The position numbers and the translations under genes are program-made. From positions 1 to 64,000 of the IMG/VR virus record IMGVR_UViG_3300025141_012428: a DNA stretch of 64,000 nt, one strand, 5' to 3'. The stretch comes from a virus (taxonomy: Duplodnaviria > Caudoviricetes). The notes below the pieces were generated by a model. It did no database searches, was not told where the DNA came from, and saw only the letters and a program-made list of their open reading frames with translations. Shown here in pieces: positions 27,676 to 37,292 of this stretch. Position 1 is the stretch's first letter. Every line of letters starts with the position of its first letter.

Positions 27676-30600
27676 ATGGCAAAAGATAAAGTATCAGTCC
27701 CAAGTATACAAGTAGGCTTAAATGATCCCGGATTAGCTTATGGAGGAGTAATATACTCATCAACGGCCACTGTCGGCTACAACGGTTCTGCTACTCAGCT
27801 TTCTATAAACGTTGCTCTAGACACGGCTACAAGTTCAACATATGGAAATGCAAACCCAAGAGACTTTAGCATTACAAAAAATGATTTAGATTTAACTTCC
27901 CCAACAGAAATAAAATTCGCTAAAGTTCCATTTTTTAAAAATATGTTCTTGTCTTCTTATGAAATTTCTAAAGAAGTTGAAGATAAAATTTTAAGTCTGA
28001 CTTATTCGGACGGTTCGGTTTTGCTGGATAGGGTGTTCGTTGGTTTAATACATGAGCATTTCGAAGTAAACCCAAACAAGCATGGAGTATTAAATCTTGT
28101 TGAGTTAAATATAAAATGCCCTAAGAAGATAGAGCAGAGCACTGAGGTGGGCTCTTATCCTGAGCATGCAGATTTAGCGAACCCCCATAAACAAGATGAA
28201 GTATATGAAGTCTGTAGTGCAACGGAAACCGTGACTGGATTAAGAAAAACATACAGAAAACTAGCTAATCCCACGGGAGACCCCAAAGTAAACTATAAAA
28301 CGTTAAGGCAGGACGAAAGTAATATTTGGGCTGGGGGTTATATAGTCTTAGGGAAAGAGGAATTCTCTGAATCTAAATGCGCTGTGAGAGATGTGTCTTA
28401 TAGTTTCAGAGATCTAATATCTGCAATAAGGTCTTTTGGCATATCTGTGAATTTATCCCGTTTCCCTAATAGAAAAAACATAGATCAACTTACCAAAAAC
28501 TATTCGGGTACTGTAAGAGACGTTATGCAAAATTGGGGGAATGACTTAGGTATTACCTTCTATTGGGATTTCTCGAGAACGAAGCCAACGCTGGCAATAG
28601 TAAACTTGGCGGATAGATCAATACAAGATAAGTTTGAAAATGCTATAGCTAGCATAGATGGTTTAGATAAGGGGCATGGGTCAGATTTAATAAGTGGCTC
28701 TGATATAATCATAAATTCAAAACAGCATACTGTCGACCTGAACGGGACCTACTCTCAGGCTTTTTCTTCTAATTTGACAAGAGGACCATCTGCACAAGAA
28801 AAGCAAAAGACTTTTTCTAGTCCGGTTATTTTTGCTTGTCAAACCTTGAATTCCATAGCAGAGGAAAGGAAGAAGGGGCAGGCGGTTGAAAGGTTTATAT
28901 CGGGTAGGCGGTTAGATGATTATTTCGTTAGTATGAGCCTTAATAAGTACGCTAAGAGCGTAAGGGATCCTTTCTTAGTGAGAAAAGCAATCCAAATCGC
29001 TGACAACAATAACGAAATATATCCAGAAGCAGAGGGGTACTTTAGAGCCTTAGGTTTCAGAGAGGTTGTCCCTCTTACTTTTAGTAATTCCGGTTCAACT
29101 GATAACGTGGTAAAGCAGGTTTTAAATCATGTTCAAGGGTCTTTAGGCTTGAGTCAAATATTTACACAGACTCTACAGAATATAGATATTCATTATGGAG
29201 ACGGCTATAAACCGGAATTTCATGTTTTTCTTGCTGTTTATGATGAAAGTTTAAAAAATACTGCTATGGAAATTGAGTCGTCTGTGGCCGATAATTTCCT
29301 AGGCAAGCATTATACATTAGCCGCTCCGGCTGCTGAGTATTTTGAATGTAATCCTAATTATAAAATATTAGAAACTCTAAAAACTACACCTAACTCTGAG
29401 TTTTACGGGCAAAGCCAGCACTATAAAACACCTATGGCTAAATTTTTAGAAAGCATTAATGAGCTTAAAATAGATGGGCTGGTCCAGATCGGCACTTTAT
29501 ATCAAAATGAAATTTATGATGAGACTAATAAATTAATAGAGGGGTTTGTAAAGAAATGCCAAGAGGGTAACCCGCTTTTCGATGACGATAGAGAGAGGGG
29601 CTTTTTTCATTTTGAAAGAAACGCGCCTTGGTTTGCTAATCAAAGAGATATAGATAATTTATTAAACCCTTATAGGATGGCTACAGATAACCCTGACTCA
29701 TCTGGCATAAAGTATGGTTATGTAAAAGATACGATTCTCAACAGAGTTAGGGCTGACATAATGGCCCCTTATCAGCCGTTCATGTACGACGTGCCTCTTG
29801 AGACGGCACCGGCAGTAAGAAGGCTTCTAAAAAATCAAGGCGCTGTGGCAAACATGCTAACGACAGGGCCAAGGGCTCAGCTTTTAAAAATGTTAACTGT
29901 CCTAGATCAGAACATGATGCAAGGAAACAAAGTAAAAGTAGTTGTCTGTATGATGGGGGACAGAGGAGATGCGAAAGAAGATAGTCCGTATAGTATAGGG
30001 GATATTATCATAACTCCACCTGCCCCAAAAAGAAACACTATAGAAGAAATAAATGCTTTACAATCTCTATGTGATAGAGCTAACAACACGTTAAAAAAAG
30101 ACACGGAAGAATGCAAAACTACATGTGAAAACGATTTTATTGAAGAGATGTGTTCTAGTGAAATATTAGGGCAGGGTAAGCTTAATTGCGCAGATTTGGA
30201 AAACATAAGAGACTCAGCTTTTAGTACCGAGATAAAGCCAGATAACGATGACCAAATAAAGGGTTGGTCTATTTGCTTAACAAGGAGAAACACTGATAAG
30301 GTTAACCTTTTAAACGATGCAGGAACTGCGTCCGTTAGCACATGGCTTCCGGGTCGCCAGTTGTTATATAGCGACGTAAAAGAGGGTTCTGTCGATGCCG
30401 CTAGGCACTTTATAGTCTCGCCTAGCCAGTATGGACATAAAGGAGTTTTAAGATACGAAAGAAACTTGACGGTCACAGATTTTGGGCAGAGAAAAGTTTT
30501 TGATGGACTGCATCAAACTAAACCCGTTATTAAACCTACAGTATCATCCGTAAGGTATCAAACTCAAGATATAACTCAGGACATTGTCTCTGTATATAAC

Positions 30601-31023
30601 CCTGATAATAGACAGGGAATCGTAGAGGGACAGATACCTATCGATGTACTAGCTCAAATAACTGGAGAAATATCGAACGACAAAGATAATGAATATTTAA
30701 CGCTGCAGTCTATTACCGCCAGCAACTACCATAATCTTCTTAAGACTAATATATCAGCACAGCAGGTGACAACCCCTAGGGAGTCAGTTAATTATAAAAT
30801 ATACTTAGATGAATCTTCTGGGCTGTCCGATTTGATAGGCTATCTAAAGCAAGAAAATGGCTTGGACGGACTGTCCATAATGGCGGATGCAGGGGGGTAT
30901 TACCTTAATGTGCAGTTTAGTAATAGGCCCCCTATGAACCCAAGTCTTGATGTTTTGTTTAGAATGGTTAAGCCGCAAGCAAAAGCAGCGCAGCCTAAAA
31001 TGTCCTTTTATAGATCAATGTAA
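27676..31023 (+). CDS. Putative tail-tip hub protein (1115 aa)
   Basis: Large structural-module ORF. The segment YSGTVRDVMQNWGNDLGITFYWD resembles hub (gp27/Tal-like) proteins. Inference only. Confidence 0.4.
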   Translation: MAKDKVSVPSIQVGLNDPGLAYGGVIYSSTATVGYNGSATQLSINVALDTATSSTYGNANPRDFSITKNDLDLTSPTEIKFAKVPFFKNMFLSSYEISKEVEDKILSLTYSDGSVLLDRVFVGLIHEHFEVNPNKHGVLNLVELNIKCPKKIEQSTEVGSYPEHADLANPHKQDEVYEVCSATETVTGLRKTYRKLANPTGDPKVNYKTLRQDESNIWAGGYIVLGKEEFSESKCAVRDVSYSFRDLISAIRSFGISVNLSRFPNRKNIDQLTKNYSGTVRDVMQNWGNDLGITFYWDFSRTKPTLAIVNLADRSIQDKFENAIASIDGLDKGHGSDLISGSDIIINSKQHTVDLNGTYSQAFSSNLTRGPSAQEKQKTFSSPVIFACQTLNSIAEERKKGQAVERFISGRRLDDYFVSMSLNKYAKSVRDPFLVRKAIQIADNNNEIYPEAEGYFRALGFREVVPLTFSNSGSTDNVVKQVLNHVQGSLGLSQIFTQTLQNIDIHYGDGYKPEFHVFLAVYDESLKNTAMEIESSVADNFLGKHYTLAAPAAEYFECNPNYKILETLKTTPNSEFYGQSQHYKTPMAKFLESINELKIDGLVQIGTLYQNEIYDETNKLIEGFVKKCQEGNPLFDDDRERGFFHFERNAPWFANQRDIDNLLNPYRMATDNPDSSGIKYGYVKDTILNRVRADIMAPYQPFMYDVPLETAPAVRRLLKNQGAVANMLTTGPRAQLLKMLTVLDQNMMQGNKVKVVVCMMGDRGDAKEDSPYSIGDIIITPPAPKRNTIEEINALQSLCDRANNTLKKDTEECKTTCENDFIEEMCSSEILGQGKLNCADLENIRDSAFSTEIKPDNDDQIKGWSICLTRRNTDKVNLLNDAGTASVSTWLPGRQLLYSDVKEGSVDAARHFIVSPSQYGHKGVLRYERNLTVTDFGQRKVFDGLHQTKPVIKPTVSSVRYQTQDITQDIVSVYNPDNRQGIVEGQIPIDVLAQITGEISNDKDNEYLTLQSITASNYHNLLKTNISAQQVTTPRESVNYKIYLDESSGLSDLIGYLKQENGLDGLSIMADAGGYYLNVQFSNRPPMNPSLDVLFRMVKPQAKAAQPKMSFYRSM

Positions 31024-32807
31024 TGAAGATAAGCAGTTTCAAAAACAGAAGAGTTTCGACGCAGGACGATGACAGTATATTGTTCTACGATATGGATGTG
31101 TCTGTCGATAATCTTACTGGAACTGCAATGTTTGGGGTATCTGGTTTTGTTGGAGAGACGAACAACTCTTCAAACTCCAGAAAGCTTGTGTTTACTTTAA
31201 AGAGCGGTAGGGTGTTTGACCCTGAGGATAGGTGCGTTTATTCATACAAAAAAAATAAAGATATAAATTTTAAGGGTACATTTCTTACTGATACTTATGA
31301 TTACTTTATTGATAATAATTTAATATGCTCCAAGGGCTCTAAAACAAATTTTAAAATTAGAAATTTCTTTTTTGATGTAGACGGAGTTTCAGTAGATTTA
31401 AAAGATTTGGATATATATGGCAAGAAAGGCTCCATTACTTTATCTGACCCCTTAGAGGTCGATGTTTACCCTTCTTCTGGTTCGTCTGGGTCATCTGGAG
31501 GATCTGGTAGCTCCGGACCCTTTGAGGGAGACATTATAACGTTTTCCGACGCTTTAACGTTTACTTCTGATGACGGTTTCAAGACTAGTATACTATCTGG
31601 TCAGGTCACTACTAGCTCTAACATTTTTGAATTCGACAACAGCTCGACCAATATAGATAGCTTGGCTGACGTAAACGGAAACTCCACTACAAAGGATTTA
31701 AAACTCAAAGCGAAGCAAAATTTAGCAATACAAGATTATCCTTTGGGAATGGACTTGTATACAAGTTTTGGCAAAGTCTCTGTTGGGTCGCTGCTTTCAG
31801 CAAAAAAGGGAGATAATCGTAGCGGCATACAGATGCAAATTGAACCTATTGATGGTCCTGCACGTTTAGAAGGGTCTGTAGAGCAACAAATAGACTTGGA
31901 GGGATCTTGGGCTGATGGAACAGTCGTAGATGGTGGAGGTCAGGCAAAAGATATAAGCGGTGTGTTTCCTTTGAACTATGACGCTAGTTTTACTGACGAG
32001 CCGGAAACGTCAAACGGGCTACCTTACAAGGTGTATTTAGAGCACATTGATGGAGACCACTCCAAGCAGTACTCTTTTATAACAGGTGTGGCGTTGAGCG
32101 GCAGCGGGGTGGGATACGCTAATGGAGAGGGAGAGAGGGACATAAGGTTCAGGACTGGCGATCAGGGGACATATGGCTCAGATGGAGAAGCTGGGATGGC
32201 TGGAGCAACTTTTGGTGAGTCTGTGAATGACGAGTTTATTGGGTTGGTTTCTGACAGCTCTGCGCACGTATCAAAACTAGTAGAAACTTATGCTAGTTCA
32301 TTAAGGACTAATATGTACCATTCCGATTCTAGTAACGGAACGTCTTCAGCGTCTGACTTACAAGGTGGAGTAAAAGGTTCTTTTTATAAAACAAATGACG
32401 GATACTTACTGCTTCAAAGACAAAATACTCCTGACATTGTCACTATAATGCCAGCACCTGATGGAAATAGTGTTTCGTTCCCAACTAAAGAGACAGCTTC
32501 TGGTGTACCTGTTTTATTCGACTATACTAAGCCAGCTTCTGATTGGAAGTTGTTCGTAGGGCCAGATGAGGACAATATGACAGAAGTACCAACTGGTGAA
32601 GATGACGCTACTTACAATTATTACAAAGACTTTACTACTGCTGGTTCTCTACCTCTTATAGCGGTGAAAAGCAAGAACTACGTAGATACAGATGAAATGG
32701 TGTATGATTTAGTGGTAAGTGGAGCGGATGGCTTTATAAGAAAAAAGAGACTAACTGTAGGGCCGTCCTTTACGGGTCACATGTATCCAGTCTCAGCAAC
32801 TTTATAA
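31023..32807 (+). CDS. Virion structural protein (594 aa) with a short GSS linker
   Basis: Coupled ORF in the tail module. Confidence 0.55.
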   Translation: MKISSFKNRRVSTQDDDSILFYDMDVSVDNLTGTAMFGVSGFVGETNNSSNSRKLVFTLKSGRVFDPEDRCVYSYKKNKDINFKGTFLTDTYDYFIDNNLICSKGSKTNFKIRNFFFDVDGVSVDLKDLDIYGKKGSITLSDPLEVDVYPSSGSSGSSGGSGSSGPFEGDIITFSDALTFTSDDGFKTSILSGQVTTSSNIFEFDNSSTNIDSLADVNGNSTTKDLKLKAKQNLAIQDYPLGMDLYTSFGKVSVGSLLSAKKGDNRSGIQMQIEPIDGPARLEGSVEQQIDLEGSWADGTVVDGGGQAKDISGVFPLNYDASFTDEPETSNGLPYKVYLEHIDGDHSKQYSFITGVALSGSGVGYANGEGERDIRFRTGDQGTYGSDGEAGMAGATFGESVNDEFIGLVSDSSAHVSKLVETYASSLRTNMYHSDSSNGTSSASDLQGGVKGSFYKTNDGYLLLQRQNTPDIVTIMPAPDGNSVSFPTKETASGVPVLFDYTKPASDWKLFVGPDEDNMTEVPTGEDDATYNYYKDFTTAGSLPLIAVKSKNYVDTDEMVYDLVVSGADGFIRKKRLTVGPSFTGHMYPVSATL

Positions 32808-32811
32808 TAAA

Positions 32812-33258
32812 ATGGGATGGCGTAATCAAAAACCGGAAGTAATTCAAAAGGCAGTCGTGGTAGACCCACCGGGTTCAGATGCTGTTGACGAATGGAAGTT
32901 TATAGGAGTGGAAGGATCAAAAGAAGGAGGAAAGATTCCAGTATGGCCAAAAGGCTCTAGAAAATCTGGAAAAAAGTTCCCAGAAGACGAAGACCATAAA
33001 GTTATGTACGTTAAGTTCGCCGACGATGGCCTTTGGAAGAAAAAGTTTTTAATTACTGTTCCTGCTCACTTCTTTGATACTACTGGAAAGTTTAGGGCTG
33101 ACCCTCCTTATTCAAATGATGACCTTATTTTAATTAAGTATACTGGAGACGGGAGTACTGGGTGCGCTACCCATTGGATAGATATAAACATTGACGAAAG
33201 AGGTGGCGGTGGAGGAGGGGGCTCTACTGAAGAAATTGGATGCGCTAAATGGAGTTAA
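32812..33258 (+). CDS. Hypothetical protein (148 aa) with poly-Gly near the C-terminus
   Basis: Tightly packed ORF. Confidence 0.6.
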   Translation: MGWRNQKPEVIQKAVVVDPPGSDAVDEWKFIGVEGSKEGGKIPVWPKGSRKSGKKFPEDEDHKVMYVKFADDGLWKKKFLITVPAHFFDTTGKFRADPPYSNDDLILIKYTGDGSTGCATHWIDINIDERGGGGGGGSTEEIGCAKWS

Positions 33259-33261
33259 AAA

Positions 33262-36200
33262 ATGTTTTTTTATTCTAATGTTCCCCTTGTCGATAAAAAG
33301 AAATGTCCTAGTGCTTCAAATCATAATAGGCTAGCAAAAGAGTTTAACAAAAGGCTCACTGGCCCGGGTCCGGCTTCCGCTTGGAATATATTCTTTTATG
33401 CAGATAGCATTTTTCTAGGACCAAGAAATACAGCTACACCCGGAGTTCCCTTAGGTGTTAATCCCCCAGAGGATGAGTGGTGGAAGACTTACTATAATAT
33501 AGAGCAGCCAGCTGTAGAATCAGGGTGGGAAGGGGCGAACTGGCCACAAGCCTTAGCTGGGACTCCTCAGGGAGCCAACGTAATGAACCCTTTGAATGCT
33601 TATATATTTGGTAGGGTTACTTATGAAAACAAAAGAATTCCGCAAATGGGTCCTTGGGCTGAGGGTAATTTGTTCGATAAATTAGTCGAGTCTTCTAGGG
33701 CCGTACATGCAAACAGCGTCTTTTGGGCAAATTCTTTCAGGCAAAGAGGGGCTTTTAAGCCATCAAGCAACTATAACTCAAAAAAGCACAAAGAATGGAG
33801 GGGCGGACTGGGAAGATACTTGCCCTCGACGAGAGATCCTGTTATATTTAGCAAAGGTCTCTTTTGGGTAGGAAGATCTTCTGATCATTTTTTTAATGAG
33901 TACGCCAGTCAACACGTTTATATGCGTTATCCTCCAGCTGTTTACGCTGGGTCATATGTTGATAGAAGTACAAGCAGAGTAAAAACTCCCTCGCTTGGGA
34001 TATTAAAAAGAAAGAATGCGACCAAAGATATACTACAATGGATTCTTTGGGTTTATACTTTTTATTTTAGGGGGAACGAACAGCAAAGGAGTTTATTTTG
34101 TGAGACAAAAACTTGGGACGCTCCTGTTATAAATTTTATAAGAGATGCTGATAGGCCATATAGAGGAGAGCAGGTCTATGGGGAGAGAAGCGTCAGAACC
34201 TCTGGGCCTTTGAACATATGTAAGGTAGGATTTGATTTTTTTAAGTATCAAACAAGGCAAAATATCTTTGCTCCAGTATTGGGAACAAAATTACATAGAA
34301 AAAATTCAGATTCTGACGATACGGATGTGGCCACGGACAGCATGGGTTATGCTAAGATGGATCAATATAGGCCTGTTTTAAAATTTGAAATAAGCTCTGG
34401 AAATGAGAGTAATAATTGGGGTGCGCATGAAGGTTCAGCAAGGACAGCAGGCAGTAGAGTACTTGAAAACTATGATGATCCAGAGGTTACTACTGGGGAT
34501 TTTCCATATGAGTCTGGCGGAGGTAAATGCTTAAGGTTTAAGGGTAACCATGGGTACGATGAGAGCGAAGAACCAACGGAGCCACCTACAAGTATGTTGT
34601 TTAAGTTCTCTAGTGACTATTTTTCTGGAATAAACTCTAAAGAAACTTTAAAACTTGGCAGGCTAATGTCAGGCAAGCAAAAAAAAATGAGAGCGCGTCC
34701 TTGTCTAGCTGGCTATTACTTACAGACTAACGGGTTAACTAATAGCAACTTTAGATTTGTCTTTCGTATTTGGAAGGGGAAAAAAGTTATACATGAGACA
34801 TTGATATATAATAAGTATTCATACAAGGTCAATGGAAATGCGGGAAAGGTAGCAGAGCCTGCTTACGTCTATAATAAAATGTTTTATTTTAAGAATCCAG
34901 TTACTTCTGGTGACATAAGATTTGAAATAGTACCTTTCACTCGTGACCAATCCCCGACAATGGGCTCTTATCCGACAGACAAAGGGGGTTTTTCTAGAGG
35001 ATTGAGTACACAAGCTATATTTGACAGTTATAACACAAGATACCAAGAGCACGAAAAAGATAAAATAATAGCTTTCGGGGATCCTTACTCTAGTGTTGTA
35101 GACTCCGCAAAAGAATTGGTCTTTAAGGCTAAAGACAGCCCTACCATAATTCCAGCTAATGGTTCGCCGGATGTTGGACAGTTTGTGTCAGTGACAAGAG
35201 AGGATGATGGCGGTCAACCCGTACCTTCTTATCTAAGGATAAACTCATCAGAAACTGGTCTAAGCACAGGAGACATGGTTAAGGTGCTAAGAGAAAATGC
35301 TGACGGAAAATATACTGATGCGTATGCTAGTTCTGGTAGAATACTTTTTTTAAACATCTCCGAGCCTGATGATGAGGATGATCCAGAATACGGGTTTAAA
35401 AAGGTATACTTCGGCAACCGCAGGGACAGTAGGCTTAAGAATAAAAATCCGGGAGCGAGGGATATTAACAGATACTTCGATATCTATTCATTTGCTAGTA
35501 ATCACATAAAAATACAGAAAATGTCAGACAGCGAGACTTTTAAAGCTACCTTGGAACCTGCTATATTACTAAAACAAAGACCCACTTTTCAAGACGCGTA
35601 CTCGCTATTAAGGGTTGCCACGGCTAAAAAAGCTGGAGACAGCAATAGCCTTTTGACAATGGCTGGCTTTGATCCTAAAGGTATGGATCAGGTTGGACAT
35701 GGATTCTATGAATCAAATAAGGTTTTTGAAAATTATATAAAGTATGGATCAGGGGCTAATATAAACGGAGGAGAAGTTGTAAAAGCTTTAAGGCAAAAAG
35801 TAAACTATAACCCTTTGTACGAATCAGCTAGAAAATTTATCAGTTCATATTTAAGAATGGCAGACAGGACGCACCTGATAAACTATAGAGTAGAAAAGGG
35901 CAGGGGAGTCTTATATTTCAGGAGATTTAACCCTCATATATCTAAAAAATCAAAGTCAACTATTTTAGATAATATGGAGCCATCCATAGATCCTAGCGGA
36001 AGATTTCATGATGCTCTTTCTAGAAATATAGATAACTTGCCATCCACTAGGTACAAGCCTATAATAGCCGGGGTTAGGTATTATATGCACATACCAGTAA
36101 AAGGAGGTAAGATAAAATACAATGGCAATGAGTACGGTCACGGATCAAGGTTTACTGGCAACGTTAGATCTTCTTTCTTAGAGAGTACAAGCACTATAAA

Positions 36201-37266
36201 TATAGACACCGTGAAGCCAGAAGTTGGTGCTTACGAGATAGACGGCATAAGAGAATCCGTCCCTTATGGTTATGAGACCAATGAGTGGGTTATGTTTATG
36301 AATAGTGTGCATTATAAAAATGGAGGAATATATAAGCCATCAATATATGGCGATATAATGGGATTCCTTAATAATAGATGTCACCATAGATCGCATGAAT
36401 ACGAAAGGACCATGGGTGAAAAATATGACATGATAAGAGAAGAGTTGATGAGAACTCCAACATTAACAAGTGGGCATAGGTATATACCGGGTCCTCGGCT
36501 TCAGGTTTTCTTATCTAAAAGCTCTAATAATTATAACTATATTTTCAATACTAACGACCCTAAGACTGGTAATTTGGATACATATGGTGTTATAGACTAC
36601 ATAAAAAAATATAGAGCGTCCTGTCCTCCAGTAAATAGAAGGCCATACAAGGTTAAAAAGTGCACTTTAGTTCACCCTTTAACAAGGAAAAGCTTAGAAA
36701 ATTCGAAAATTAACCCTTCTTATAAGAGGGCTTCGGGGGGTTTTGGAGCTAGGGCTCCTTCGGATATAATTAGAGTTGAGCTAGACAGACCTTTATCTAA
36801 AACAGGAAGACTTAATGTAGGCTCTAGGGGATATCGTGCTGTGAGTAGAAGCTCGCTTTTAGAAGAGCCTTATAGGACAGATGAAAATGCTGTAATTGAA
36901 TATCTGCATCATAGAAATCTTGGTTACGAATGCAAAAGGATGATGTTGGGAGATTACGGAACCTCTACTGAAGTACATGAAGGGTCGGGATGGAGGCCTC
37001 AGGGGGCTTGTTATCCTAGGTTTTATTTTTTGAAATTAATACCAAAAGTAGGTAAAGACTCTTTGTTGGACGTAGCGCCTTATGCCCAAATGGATTTTTA
37101 CATGAGGGCTATGGCTGGGGAGTTCGTCGTGCCTTTCAGGTATGATAATTCTCCTTATCAGGTTGGTTCTACAAATTGGAAGTTTAATGAGCTAGCTTCA
37201 AGATCAGCAGAAGAGGACCCCACGGCATATTATTACGTTGATCCTAGGGAGATCTCTGGGCGTTAA
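33262..37266 (+). CDS. Large basic protein of the structural module (1334 aa), function unknown
   Basis: Long uninterrupted ORF. Confidence 0.6.
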   Translation: MFFYSNVPLVDKKKCPSASNHNRLAKEFNKRLTGPGPASAWNIFFYADSIFLGPRNTATPGVPLGVNPPEDEWWKTYYNIEQPAVESGWEGANWPQALAGTPQGANVMNPLNAYIFGRVTYENKRIPQMGPWAEGNLFDKLVESSRAVHANSVFWANSFRQRGAFKPSSNYNSKKHKEWRGGLGRYLPSTRDPVIFSKGLFWVGRSSDHFFNEYASQHVYMRYPPAVYAGSYVDRSTSRVKTPSLGILKRKNATKDILQWILWVYTFYFRGNEQQRSLFCETKTWDAPVINFIRDADRPYRGEQVYGERSVRTSGPLNICKVGFDFFKYQTRQNIFAPVLGTKLHRKNSDSDDTDVATDSMGYAKMDQYRPVLKFEISSGNESNNWGAHEGSARTAGSRVLENYDDPEVTTGDFPYESGGGKCLRFKGNHGYDESEEPTEPPTSMLFKFSSDYFSGINSKETLKLGRLMSGKQKKMRARPCLAGYYLQTNGLTNSNFRFVFRIWKGKKVIHETLIYNKYSYKVNGNAGKVAEPAYVYNKMFYFKNPVTSGDIRFEIVPFTRDQSPTMGSYPTDKGGFSRGLSTQAIFDSYNTRYQEHEKDKIIAFGDPYSSVVDSAKELVFKAKDSPTIIPANGSPDVGQFVSVTREDDGGQPVPSYLRINSSETGLSTGDMVKVLRENADGKYTDAYASSGRILFLNISEPDDEDDPEYGFKKVYFGNRRDSRLKNKNPGARDINRYFDIYSFASNHIKIQKMSDSETFKATLEPAILLKQRPTFQDAYSLLRVATAKKAGDSNSLLTMAGFDPKGMDQVGHGFYESNKVFENYIKYGSGANINGGEVVKALRQKVNYNPLYESARKFISSYLRMADRTHLINYRVEKGRGVLYFRRFNPHISKKSKSTILDNMEPSIDPSGRFHDALSRNIDNLPSTRYKPIIAGVRYYMHIPVKGGKIKYNGNEYGHGSRFTGNVRSSFLESTSTINIDTVKPEVGAYEIDGIRESVPYGYETNEWVMFMNSVHYKNGGIYKPSIYGDIMGFLNNRCHHRSHEYERTMGEKYDMIREELMRTPTLTSGHRYIPGPRLQVFLSKSSNNYNYIFNTNDPKTGNLDTYGVIDYIKKYRASCPPVNRRPYKVKKCTLVHPLTRKSLENSKINPSYKRASGGFGARAPSDIIRVELDRPLSKTGRLNVGSRGYRAVSRSSLLEEPYRTDENAVIEYLHHRNLGYECKRMMLGDYGTSTEVHEGSGWRPQGACYPRFYFLKLIPKVGKDSLLDVAPYAQMDFYMRAMAGEFVVPFRYDNSPYQVGSTNWKFNELASRSAEEDPTAYYYVDPREISGR

Positions 37267-37267
37267 G

Positions 37268-37282
37268 GTGTAATATTACTTA
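37268..37282 (+). promoter_or_regulatory. Putative late promoter motif (GTGTAATATTACTTA)
   Basis: Matches RTGTAA-N7-TA, 10 nt before ATG 37293. Confidence 0.6.
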
Positions 37283-37292
37283 GGAATAAGGC

